Source: an uncultured delta proteobacterium (GTDB taxonomy: Bacteria > Desulfobacterota > Syntrophorhabdia > Syntrophorhabdales > WCHB1-27). Taken from it: a DNA stretch of 64,000 nt. The notes beneath the pieces were generated by a model. The model was not told where the DNA came from and did no database searches. It saw nothing but the letters and a program-made list of their open reading frames with translations. A program made the position numbers and the translations under genes. This document shows, one piece after another, positions 9,936 to 19,350 of this stretch; positions within the stretch are counted from its first letter, which is position 1, and every line of letters starts with the position of its first letter. The DNA is taken from positions 128,001 to 192,000 of the forward strand of contig CAWEPK010000017.1 of NCBI GenBank assembly GCA_963810935.1, written 5' to 3'.

Positions 9936-10277
9936 CTTCGTTCACCATATTAAGCTCGATGCGGCAGACAGACAATTGGGCATTCAGTGACACCAACCGA
10001 TTACGTGCAATCGTTAATCATACCGCTTTTAGTGTAATACATCGCTGCATAAAAGACATTTCATTCCGGCGATCGGGGAAGAAATGTTGTGTTGCGGCAT
10101 CAGATGCAACTCGGATAGCGATAATGATGACATCAAAATTGTCGGTTGTGCGACATACAAGGAACATGCAGCCTGATAAACTTCATAGGTACCATAAATG
10201 GGTGGAGAGAACGAACGCTCCCATTAAGCTCCCCTACGTGCTGGGACGCAGAAATTAACCTTATAAGGAGACAGATC

Positions 10278-10757
10278 ATGAAACGAATTGCCCGTCAGTT
10301 CACTTATCCGGCTGCACTCACTGTCGCGGTGGCGCTCCTCGCGCTTATCGTTCTCGCAACTGCAAGCCCAACGTGGGCGGCCTCGCCCGAGCCGGGCATG
10401 GCGACCGCCGGTTCCGCCTCAAAGGCCGACCGCGTCGAGGCGCGCATCAAAGAGCTTCATACCAAGCTCAATATCACCCCGGCACAGGAAGGGCCATGGA
10501 ACAACGTCGTCCAGGTGATGAGGGACAATGCGAAAACTATGGAGGCGCTCATCAAGGGAAGGACGGAAAAAGCAGGTACCATGACCGCCATCGACGACCT
10601 CAAATCATACAGCGCAATTGCCGAGGCGCATGCGGATGGCCTCAAGAAATTCATCCCGGCCTTCGAGCCGCTCTATGCCGGCATGTCGGACGCTCAGAAG
10701 AAGAGCGCCGATAAGTTATTCCGCCAGCACGCCCGCATGAAGGCAAAGGGCAAATGA
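10278..10757 (+). CDS. Spy/CpxP (LTXXQ) family periplasmic protein
   Basis: SD AAGGAG before ATG 10278; signal peptide; LNITPAQ and MSDAQKKSAD motifs. Confidence 0.85.
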   Translation: MKRIARQFTYPAALTVAVALLALIVLATASPTWAASPEPGMATAGSASKADRVEARIKELHTKLNITPAQEGPWNNVVQVMRDNAKTMEALIKGRTEKAGTMTAIDDLKSYSAIAEAHADGLKKFIPAFEPLYAGMSDAQKKSADKLFRQHARMKAKGK

Positions 10758-10831
10758 TCCCAACCGCCATGACGTCAAGACAGTAAACCCTATTTTGCGA
10801 TAGGGAATAACTCCAACAATGGAAGGTCATT

Positions 10832-11155
10832 ATGAGAACCTCGAATACGCAAGCCAGCAAGTTTAAGTCGATAGTCGCCAAGGTCGTGATGGCGCTCGTC
10901 TTCGCCTCAATGATCGGCGGTATATCCATCGCGCCGGCGTTTGCCAGAGATAACGCCAGGGGTGGTGGAGGGCATGCCGGGTATCACGGGCGCGGCGGGT
11001 ATGGAGGAGCCCATGGCTATTACCGTGGTGGTGGATATTACCCCTATGGCGGCTACTACGCGCCACCTGTCTATGCGCCGCCACCGGTCGTCTATGCCCC
11101 GGCCCCGTATATGTCGCCGGGCATCAGCCTCGTACTTCCCATCCACATTCGATAG
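10832..11155 (+). CDS. Exported Gly/Tyr-rich, YAPPPV-repeat protein
   Basis: Signal peptide ending APAFA; GGYG/GGYY repeats; YAPPVYAPPPVVYAPAP; C-terminal PGISLVLPIHIR. Confidence 0.8.
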   Translation: MRTSNTQASKFKSIVAKVVMALVFASMIGGISIAPAFARDNARGGGGHAGYHGRGGYGGAHGYYRGGGYYPYGGYYAPPVYAPPPVVYAPAPYMSPGISLVLPIHIR

Positions 11156-11157
11156 GG

Positions 11158-11250
11158 GAAAAGTTGAACGAAAGAAGGGCCAACGCCGTCAAAGGATATT
11201 TCATTGGCGAAGGGCTCATTTCACGGGATAGGCTTTCCATGATCGGGCTA
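11158..11250 (+). pseudogene. OmpA-like peptidoglycan-binding domain remnant
   Basis: EKLNERRANAVKGYFIGEGLISRDRLSMIG matches the OmpA C-terminal LS.rRA.aV..yL...gi...r....G; the N-terminal part is absent and the frame is lost after IG. Confidence 0.65.
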
Positions 11251-11367
11251 TGTAAAAGGAGGTGGTCAGCCGGTTCTGGAAAAGCTTGCGAGTGGCGCGA
11301 CATCTTTAACAGAAAAGATTTCGTAATCGGCCGTTTCAGTCAAATATACTAAAGAGGAGTAATCGTT

Positions 11368-11682
11368 ATGAAAACAAGGAATGTGTTTATCGGCTATCTG
11401 GTCCTTCTTATGCTTGTCGCCACCTTTGCGGCCTGTTCCTCGACACGCACGCATGAAAGCACGGGCGAATACGTGGACGATTCGACCATCACGACAAAGG
11501 TAAAAGCTCTGCTTGCCGAAGATCATTTTGTCAAGTCGTTCCAGATCGGGGTCGAGACTTACAAGGGTACGGTCCAGTTGAGCGGCTTTGTTAATTCTCA
11601 GAACGCCGTCAACAAAGCGGGGGAGATCGCAACGAGCGTCAAGGGAGTCAAATCGGTAAAGAATAACCTGGTCGTGAAATAG
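11368..11682 (+). CDS. BON-domain (OsmY-like) lipoprotein
   Basis: Lipobox FAAC; GEYVDDSTITTKVKA, VETYKGTVQLSGFV, VKGVKSVKNNL. Confidence 0.92.
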   Translation: MKTRNVFIGYLVLLMLVATFAACSSTRTHESTGEYVDDSTITTKVKALLAEDHFVKSFQIGVETYKGTVQLSGFVNSQNAVNKAGEIATSVKGVKSVKNNLVVK

Positions 11683-11787
11683 ACGATTGCTATCCTTATC
11701 ACGGATAGAGCGAAAGGTGGCCGCGTGAAGATTTCGACGTTCCCTCGCCGGCGCACGCGGCCGACCAAGCTCCGTCGGGCCCTTCTA

Positions 11788-13116
11788 TCAAATAGGGAAG
11801 GGGTACTGTCCTGACAGACACGCCTCGCAAAAGTCCGTGCCGCTAAACTCCCTCAGCTCTTTGGTGGACAGATATCTGAACGTATCCACCCTCAGCAGGT
11901 TCTTGAGGTCTTCGTCCGTCCTGTTCGTCCCCAGAAGCTCGCCGGGCTTGGCCATCGCCATGCCCATGAAGCAGGGATAACGCGGCGGCGGCGCGGTGAC
12001 GCGGAGGTGTATCTTCTTCGCCCCTGCCTCCCGCAGCTTCGGGATCAGGACCATCGTCGTCGATCCCCTCACGAGGATAGTGTCGATGAGCATGATCTCC
12101 TTGCCCTTCACCATCTCGCGGTTGATCTGGAAGCGCATCTCGGCCTTTTCGAGCCTGTCCTTCTCCTTCGGGATGATGAATATCCGGCCTATCTCGCCTA
12201 CGGTGCTGATGATCTCCTTGTAGGGGATGCGCGTAGCGCCGTGAAAGCCGAGGGCGCCGGGGATGGCCGCCCGTGGGATGGGCACGACCATGTCGGCCTT
12301 CTGGGTCTCGCCCTTTGCCAGCCTCGCCCCGACCTTCTCCCTGAACTCGTAAACGTTTCTGGAGAACACATTGCTGGCCGGCGAAGCGAAGTCGAGGACC
12401 TCAAGGATGCAGGGCCTCGGGCGCGCAGGCGCGAACCTGACGGGCCTCGCCTCGTCACCATCGATGACGACCATCTGGCCGGGCTCGACGTCCCCGATCC
12501 AGTCGAACCTGTCCCTGAACGCGCACGTCTCGGAGGCAACCGCCCACTCGTAGTCCCCCTCTTCTCCCCTGCGCCCGATTGAAAGGGGCCTGAAGCCGAA
12601 GGGGTCGCGGGCCGCGATCAGTCTGCCTTTGTGCAGGATTATCAGGCTGAAGGCCGTCTCCCGGCCGAGGGTGGCAAGCGTCTTCTTCGCCTTCTCCAGC
12701 ATATCCTCGCCTTGGGCCCTGGCGATCATCTGGAGGATGACCTCCGTGTCGGTATCCGTCTGGAAAAGGCCGTCGAGCCTTTCCATCATTTGCCTGTATC
12801 TGGGGAAATGGCCGTTATGGACTACGGCGATCTTCTCCTTTTTGGCGGTGCCGATGATAGGCTGTGAATTCCGTTCGCTCGCTTCTCCGGCCGTGGGATA
12901 ACGGACGTGACCGACGGCCACCGAGCCGTAGTGGGGGCGGTTGACCGTGGGATGGCGAAAGATCGAGCCCATCATGCGGACCTCCGAGAAGGAGCCGTCT
13001 TTCAAGCCCGATACGATGCCCCAGCTCTCCTGCCCCCGATGGGAAAGGTTTTCAAGCCCGGTCCGCACCTCGACGAAGGCGTTTCCCCTGCCGATAAACC
13101 CGAATATTCCGCTCAT
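11788..13116 (-). CDS. Amidophosphoribosyltransferase (PurF)-like protein with altered active sites
   Basis: Full-length PurF fold motifs (HRGQE, GHVRY, HNG, RDPFGFRPL, ASET, CEACLSGQYP); start MSGIFG after an AAGGAG SD; Cys1 replaced by Ser; PRPP loop reads IDTILVRGST. Confidence 0.85.
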   Translation of the reverse strand: MSGIFGFIGRGNAFVEVRTGLENLSHRGQESWGIVSGLKDGSFSEVRMMGSIFRHPTVNRPHYGSVAVGHVRYPTAGEASERNSQPIIGTAKKEKIAVVHNGHFPRYRQMMERLDGLFQTDTDTEVILQMIARAQGEDMLEKAKKTLATLGRETAFSLIILHKGRLIAARDPFGFRPLSIGRRGEEGDYEWAVASETCAFRDRFDWIGDVEPGQMVVIDGDEARPVRFAPARPRPCILEVLDFASPASNVFSRNVYEFREKVGARLAKGETQKADMVVPIPRAAIPGALGFHGATRIPYKEIISTVGEIGRIFIIPKEKDRLEKAEMRFQINREMVKGKEIMLIDTILVRGSTTMVLIPKLREAGAKKIHLRVTAPPPRYPCFMGMAMAKPGELLGTNRTDEDLKNLLRVDTFRYLSTKELREFSGTDFCEACLSGQYPFPI

Positions 13117-13307
13117 CTCATCTCCTTTAAATGTGCAGGAAGTTCCTGCCGGCCGTGATATTATATCATGACGGCTTTCAGGTAGATAGCGGGCGGCCGC
13201 ACGTGCCGGGGGGAGGCACGCTACCCTCATACGCCGGCCCGATTTATGGTTTAAAAAACCATCCGTTTTGTGTTAATATGAGACAAACAACAGACAAGGA
13301 GCGGACT

Positions 13308-13412
13308 ATGGCTAAGAGCCACGACGTGAAAAAGGATGCCAAGAAGCCGGCTGGCAAGTCGCTGAAGGAAAAGAGGGTCGCGAAGAAAGAGAAGAAGGCT
13401 TCGAAGTCCTGA
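13308..13412 (+). CDS. 34-aa Lys-rich small basic protein
   Basis: AAGGAG SD; MAKSHDVKKDAKKPAGKSLKEKRVAKKEKKASKS. Confidence 0.7.
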   Translation: MAKSHDVKKDAKKPAGKSLKEKRVAKKEKKASKS

Positions 13413-13459
13413 CAGGCCTTTATTTTTTCTTTCGCTCTGCTTTTCGCCCCTGACCGGCG

Positions 13460-13699
13460 CTATCCGCCCGCAACCGGCGGAAAAACGCTCAGGACGTCGC
13501 CGTCGTTCAATACGCGGTCCGGCTCGGAGTGCGTACCGTTCACTATTACGATCTTCGGCACGTCCTCCGGCAGGCCCAATCCTCCCACAACCTCGCCCGC
13601 GGTCGTCTCCCGGTCCAACACCTTAAAGAACGAGTAGCCAACGCATCCCGCGGGCAGGAACTCACGGAACGTGGCGAAAAGGCGCACCTCGATCTTCAC
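13460..13699 (-). CDS. MoaD/ThiS family sulfur-carrier protein
   Basis: Beta-grasp pattern IEVRLFATFR...VNG...DGDVLSVFPPVAGG with C-terminal GG. Confidence 0.9.
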   Translation of the reverse strand: MKIEVRLFATFREFLPAGCVGYSFFKVLDRETTAGEVVGGLGLPEDVPKIVIVNGTHSEPDRVLNDGDVLSVFPPVAGG

Positions 13700-13714
13700 G
13701 GTCCTCGCCTCGCC

Positions 13715-15299
13715 TCACCTGTAGCGCAGCTTGTAGCGCTGCATCTTGCCCGTCGCGCTTTTCGGCAGGGCGTCTACAAACTCGATCCACCTGGGGTACT
13801 TGAACTTTGCCAGCCTGTCGAGCACCCACTTTTTCAGCTCTTCCTCAAGCTCGGGGGAAGGTGCGCTCCCATCGCGGAGCACGACGAACGCTTTCGGCTT
13901 TATCAGGTCCTTATCGTCCGCCCTGCCGACGACAGCGACTTCGAGAACTGCCGGGTGTTCCATCATGCAGTTCTCCACCTCGACCGGCGACACCCAGATG
14001 CCGCCAACCTTCAGCATATCGTCGCCCCGGCCCGCGCACCAGTAATAGCCTTCCGGGTCCACGTAATACTTGTCGCCCGTGTTGATCCATTCGCCCTGCA
14101 TGGTCAGGCGCGTTTTTTCCCGTTTTCTCCAATACTGCTGCGCGGCGCTTCCGCCCTTCACGTAGAGTGTGCCTATCTCGCCCTTCGGGACCTCATGCGT
14201 CTCCTCGTCGACGAGCCGCAGCTCGTAGCCTGGCACGGGTTTGCCCGTCGAACCCGGCTTTATGTCGCCTGGGGAGTTGGAGATGAAGATATGGAGCATC
14301 TCCGTCGAGCCTATGCCGTCGAGGATATCGACGCCGAAGCGCGCCTTCCAGCGGTGATACAGGTCCGGCGGCAGCGCCTCGCCCGCCGACACGCATAGGC
14401 GGGTGGATGAGAACTCGTGCGGTGCGGCAGGGTCGGGCGATATACCGGCCTCGCGGTCCTTCTTGTCCTTGTATTCGAGGATCTGGCCGTAAAGCGTCGG
14501 CACGCCGAAGAAGACCGTCGGGCGGAAGCGCGTCATGTGACGCAGGACGCTTTCGGGGTTCGGCGGGCCCGAGGCTGAGGACAACCGAGCCGCCCACCGA
14601 GAACGGCAGGTAACAGGCATTGCCGAGGCCGTACGCGAAGAAGAGGCGCGCCGCGGAAAAGACGATGTCTTTCTCCGTCAGGTCGAGCACCTCCTTGCCG
14701 AACGCGTCCGACACGGCCACCATGTCGTACTGGGAATGGATCGCGCCCTTCGGCGAGCCGGTCGAGCCGGAGCTGTAAAGCCAGAAGCAGACGTCGTCTT
14801 TCGTCGTATTCTCCGTCTTCACTTCTTTCGGGGCCCTGCGGTACATCTGGCGGAAAGGCACATGGGCGCCCTTCGTTTCCGATATGACGATCATATCCCG
14901 CAGGTACGTGAGGTCCCCCTCGATCTTCGTGATCACGGGGATAAGCTGCTCGGAGACGACGAGCACGCGCGCGTGGCTGTCGTTGAGATAGTATTCATAA
15001 TCGTTGGGAGTAAGCATCGTGTTGACGGGAATGGGCACCGCGCCTATCTTGATCGCGCCCCAGAAGACCGCGTAGAACTGCGGCACGTCGAGCATCAGCA
15101 CAAGGATGCGGTCGTCGACGCGAACGCCTAAGTCCCTGAAGGCATTGGCCGTCTTGTTCGCCATCTTCTGGATGTCGTTGTACGTGTACTGTCTGCCCTC
15201 GGTATAGACTGCGACTTTTCCTCCGCGCCCTTCCCGTATATTGCGGTCCAGGAAGTAATCCGTAGCGTTGAAAAACTCGGCCGGCTCACCGTGAACCAT
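13715..15299 (-). CDS. Benzoate-CoA ligase family protein (one extra base near 14575 as sequenced)
   Basis: FWLYSSGSTGSPKG and LFFAYGLGN in 14193-15299; SAGEALP, DGIGSTEMLHIF, GRGDDMLKVGGIWVSP and LPKSATGK in 13715-14620; the two halves join by removing one base. Confidence 0.85.
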
Positions 15300-15331
15300 G
15301 ACTCACCCTCCTTTTGTATGTCGTGGCCTGC

Positions 15332-16717
15332 TCAAATAGCGAACTCTTCTCCCCTGTGGGGAACATGCGTCTTGAAACCAAGCTTCTCGGTCACCAGTTC
15401 GGCAAAACCGACTGCCACGCTTTCTTCGCCGTGCACCACGAAGACCTCGGGCGCGCCGCTGAAAGCGGAGACCCACTCCAAAAGGCCGTCCCTGTCAGCG
15501 TGGGCGGAAAAACCGTTTATGGTGTAAACCTTCGCCCGCACGGCGATCTCCTCACCCATGATGTGGACCGGGGACAGGCCGTCCACGATACGCCTGCCGA
15601 GCGTGCCACGCGCCTGGAACCCTGTAAAGACTATACCGCACTCGGGCCTCCAGAGGTTGTGCTTCAGGTGGTGGGCTACCCTGCCCCCGTCGCACATGCC
15701 GCTCCCCGCCATGATGATGGCCCCGGACTTGATCTTGTTGATCGCCTGCGACTCCTGCACTGACTGCGTGAAATGGAGCCGAAGGGCGCCGCTGCCGTTT
15801 CCTTTGCGGTTATCCCAGACCTTACGCGCTTCCGGGTTGAAATACTCCGCATGTTTAGTATATATCTTCGTAACTGCGTCCGCCAAAGGGCTGTCGATAT
15901 ATATGTCGAGCGGCGGCAGCCGCTTCTGTGTGACAAGCTCGTTGAGGATGTAAAGCATGTCCTGCGTCCTGCCGACTGCGAAGGTCGGCATGATGACGTT
16001 GCCTCCCCTCTTGAACGTGATCTTGATCGCGTCCACCAGCTCGTCAATGCTCTCCTTCATCTCTTTGTGGAGGCGGTTGCCGTACGTCGATTCCATTACG
16101 ACGTAGTCCGCGGACGCCGCCGACTTGGGGTCCGCTATGATCGGGTTGTGCCGCTTTCCGATGTCGCCGGAGAAGACGATCTTTTTCTGCGAGGGCCCAT
16201 CCTGGTACCACAGCTCGAAAGTCCCGGAGCCGAGGATATGGCCCGCGTCGACGAAGCAGTAACGGAAGCCCGCCTCCAGGCGGCCCGTCTCGCCGTACTT
16301 CACCTTGTTGAAAAACGGGACGGCGGCCTTCACGTCCTCTACCGTATAGAGGGGGTCGAATACCTCGTCTTTGCCTTTCCTCAGGGCCTTCTTTGTCTTC
16401 CATTCGGCCTCCTTCTCCTGGATGTGGGCCGAGTCGTAAAGCATGATTTCCGTAAGCTCCGCGGTAGCGTCGGTAGTGATGATCCGCCCCTTGAACCCCT
16501 CTTTGACCAGCTTAGGGACGAGTCCCGAATGGTCGATGTGGGCGTGGGTGAGGAAAAGACAATCTATCTCGGAGGGCTGAAATGCAAAGGTGTTATGGTT
16601 CTCCGCGTTCTCGCCCTGCTGCATTCCGCAATCGACAAGCATCTGCACGCCGTTGGTCGATAAGTGGTAGCATGATCCCGTCACCTGCCTTGCCGCGCCT
16701 AAGAATCTAAGTTTCAT
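15332..16717 (-). CDS. MBL-fold beta-CASP hydrolase (Ysh1-like ribonuclease family)
   Basis: FLGAARQVTGS, THAHIDHSG, AGHILGS, ESTYG, FAVGRTQ, FSAHAD, VHGE; start at MKLRF. Confidence 0.9.
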   Translation of the reverse strand: MKLRFLGAARQVTGSCYHLSTNGVQMLVDCGMQQGENAENHNTFAFQPSEIDCLFLTHAHIDHSGLVPKLVKEGFKGRIITTDATAELTEIMLYDSAHIQEKEAEWKTKKALRKGKDEVFDPLYTVEDVKAAVPFFNKVKYGETGRLEAGFRYCFVDAGHILGSGTFELWYQDGPSQKKIVFSGDIGKRHNPIIADPKSAASADYVVMESTYGNRLHKEMKESIDELVDAIKITFKRGGNVIMPTFAVGRTQDMLYILNELVTQKRLPPLDIYIDSPLADAVTKIYTKHAEYFNPEARKVWDNRKGNGSGALRLHFTQSVQESQAINKIKSGAIIMAGSGMCDGGRVAHHLKHNLWRPECGIVFTGFQARGTLGRRIVDGLSPVHIMGEEIAVRAKVYTINGFSAHADRDGLLEWVSAFSGAPEVFVVHGEESVAVGFAELVTEKLGFKTHVPHRGEEFAI

Positions 16718-16849
16718 AGATACCCCCTGGTATGCGAATTCTATCACAGCAGGCGCCGATCGACAAGGAGCCGCCTGGGGCCGGCGCGTCATTGCACTTC
16801 ACGGGCTTTTAGCAGACTGCATTTGTGGTATAGTAATGCCTAGGCCCTG

Positions 16850-17812
16850 ATGAAAAAAATACTCGTTTTCGCGCATAATATTGCGGCGATCCAAAACCCC
16901 AACGGCTACCGCATCGAGCAATATTTCCCCTATCTGGAGCGGGCCGGGTTCGCAGTCCGCCGCATCACCACAAGGACTGGCGTCGCCGCCCTTGCAGCCG
17001 CGCTGCGGGAGGCCGACGTAGTCTACGTGCAGCGGCTCCTCCCCGACATCGGGAAACGCTATCTTCTGAAGACCTTCGCGAAAAAGGTCGTTTTCGACTT
17101 CGACGACGCCATCATGTACGGCAGCAAAAAAGAGAGCCGGACGCGAAGGGGCAGGTTCAGGAGCATGATACAACTCTCGGATGCGGTCCTCTGCGGCAAC
17201 GGCTTTCTGGCGTCCGAGGCGAAAAGGTATAAGGAAACGAACGTTTTCTGCGTGCCCACAGTGGTCGATACGGACGATTACCCGGTCAAGGAGCACAGGG
17301 CTTCCGCGGCCCTTGCGGTCGGCTGGATGGGCGGGGCATCGACGCTGCGGTACCTCCAGGACATATCATCGCTTCTGGCATCGCCGCCGGACCGCGTATC
17401 CTTCAAGGTCGTGGCCGACAGGCGGCCGGAGATCGCACGCGCGCAGGTCGAGTTCGAGGCGTGGAGCGGAGAAGCGGAAAAAAGGATGCTCCTCGGTTTT
17501 GACGCAGGCGTCATGCCGGCCAGGGACGACGCCTGGTCGCGGGGCAAATGCGGGCTGAAGCTCATCCAGTACGCGGCGTCCGGCCTGCCGTCCATATCGC
17601 ACCCGTTCGGCGTCTCGAACGAGATCGTGGAAGACGGGGCGAGCGGTTTCTTAAGGCGCGATATCGACGGGTGGCGCGAGGCAATCGAGCGGCTGCGCGA
17701 CGATGCGGAGCTGCGGAAGCGGATGGGGAAGAGGGCGAGGGAAATAGCGGAAGAAAGGTACTCCCTGAAGGTGTGGGGGCCGCGCGTGGCGGAGATTATC
17801 GGCGGGTTGTAA
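16850..17812 (+). CDS. Glycosyltransferase family 4
   Basis: FDFDDAI, VGWMG, KCGLKLIQYAASGLP, IVEDGASGFL. Confidence 0.85.
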   Translation: MKKILVFAHNIAAIQNPNGYRIEQYFPYLERAGFAVRRITTRTGVAALAAALREADVVYVQRLLPDIGKRYLLKTFAKKVVFDFDDAIMYGSKKESRTRRGRFRSMIQLSDAVLCGNGFLASEAKRYKETNVFCVPTVVDTDDYPVKEHRASAALAVGWMGGASTLRYLQDISSLLASPPDRVSFKVVADRRPEIARAQVEFEAWSGEAEKRMLLGFDAGVMPARDDAWSRGKCGLKLIQYAASGLPSISHPFGVSNEIVEDGASGFLRRDIDGWREAIERLRDDAELRKRMGKRAREIAEERYSLKVWGPRVAEIIGGL

Positions 17813-17840
17813 TGTCCGGACCGTCGTCTATCGTGTCGTT

Positions 17841-18557
17841 TTAAAATAAAGAGGTGAAAAAGCAAAGGCGTTTCTTCTTGGCCGGACTCGCGCCTGTTCG
17901 ATCGCGGCCCACGTCGGCTACGGTCCCCATCAGGACGGCGGGTTTCGCTGAGGCGTCGAGCCACCCGAGGACGAGCAGCATCGCCTCCTCCGACATGGAG
18001 ACGCACCCTTCGGTCGGCACCCCGGCCGCCTTCCACACGTGGAAGAATATTGCGCTTCCCAGTCCTTTGACAACGGGGTCCGTGTTGTATTCGACGACTA
18101 TGCCGTACTTGTACAGGTCGTCGTCCCGCCTCATCTTCTCGACCGCGGCCGCGGGCGCGCCCCTGACCCACCTGTTGTAATCAGGCGAATCGATATCGTT
18201 CACCCAAAAGTCGTCTTCCCCTGTCTGCCGGTAAGACATGCCCGTATCGACCGACGGCGGATAGCCGAACGCACACCCCAGCCCGAACAGGCCGCTCGGG
18301 GTCCTGCCGTCCCCCTCCCTCTTTTCGCCCGGCGGCGCAAAACCACCCTTGCCTATGTTGCCGCTCACGGGCCCGGACGCCACGTGCCACCGGCCGGACA
18401 CACATTCAAGCACATAGACGGCCGCCTCGCAGGACGCAGCATCGAAGTTCGCCACAAGAAGGACCTGCCGGCATTCACCCATACAATCGGGCCGCGAGGC
18501 GATGGATTCGACAAACCGGACGGCCTGTTCTCTCGTCGGAAACGCCATGGCCCGCAT
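17841..18557 (-). CDS. L,D-transpeptidase-like (YkuD) protein
   Basis: KREGDGRTPSG, GSAIFFHVW, PTEGCV catalytic His/Cys pair. Confidence 0.8.
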   Translation of the reverse strand: MRAMAFPTREQAVRFVESIASRPDCMGECRQVLLVANFDAASCEAAVYVLECVSGRWHVASGPVSGNIGKGGFAPPGEKREGDGRTPSGLFGLGCAFGYPPSVDTGMSYRQTGEDDFWVNDIDSPDYNRWVRGAPAAAVEKMRRDDDLYKYGIVVEYNTDPVVKGLGSAIFFHVWKAAGVPTEGCVSMSEEAMLLVLGWLDASAKPAVLMGTVADVGRDRTGASPAKKKRLCFFTSLF

Positions 18558-18887
18558 TCTAACACGTATCGAAGCAGTCTGCCAGGGGGGTCAAAGGGTG
18601 GGTAGGGGCCGGGACTTTCCGCGCCTTTCAAGCCGATTGTAAAACGCGGTGCGGCGAGAGGCTTTTCTTGCAATACAACATTACTCCCGGCTATGATTAA
18701 TACGTGGCGGAAGCGCAGGACGCGGTGGCAGAGCGAAAAAGAAGCCTGTCGCCCTTTCCTTCGGCGCTGGCAAAGGGTTCCAGGCGGTGTTATATTTCAA
18801 GAATAATCGTAGGATCCGGTGCTCCCGGCAAGTCCGGGAATGAGACCTTGCGGCATCACGCCGCGAAGATGCAAAAGGGGAACGTTT

Positions 18888-19298
18888 ATGACGAAGCATG
18901 TGGTATCGACCGTTACGCTGATACTGGTCGTCTTGTTGTGCGGTGCCGCAAGAGCGAATGATGCGCACATGATGACGAAGGAGCAACTCCTTCCCATGCT
19001 GGGAAAGCCCGATGTTATCATCATTGATGTGCGTACGAATTATGACTGGGACAAGAGCAGCATGAAGATCAAAGGGGCCGTGAGGGAAGAGGGGATGAAG
19101 TTCGCTTCCTGGATGAACAAGTACCCCAGGGACAAGACAATCGTCCTTTACTGCGCCTGAGTGAACGATTCTACAAGTGTCAGTTTGACACAGGCGTATC
19201 TGAAGGCGGGCTACGAGAGAGTTTACTATCTAAAGGGCGGCATAAAGGGCGCCTGGGAGGATTGGGTTAAGGCCAAGTATCCGGTAGAACCCAAGTAG
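18888..19298 (+). CDS. Exported rhodanese-like selenoprotein (CxU motif; UGA at 19158-19160 read as Sec)
   Basis: Signal peptide; IIDVR, IKGA, IVLYCA-TGA, and the frame continues VNDSTS...GYERVYYLKGG...WVKAKYPVEPK, completing the rhodanese fold; SECIS-like hairpin follows the UGA. Confidence 0.85.
19177..19191 (+). promoter_or_regulatory. Bacterial SECIS-like hairpin
   Basis: GTGTCA-GTT-TGACAC stem; the loop starts with G 22 nt after the UGA. Confidence 0.7.
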
Positions 19299-19350
19299 CT
19301 TCCCCGGCGAGCGAGAGAGTCTTAGCCGCTACATAACCTCGTTCTTCCCT

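Noticed and set aside
18819..19160. 113-aa rhodanese ending at YCA, as in the ORF track
   Set aside because: It would lack the C-terminal part of the fold; the UGA is better read as selenocysteine.
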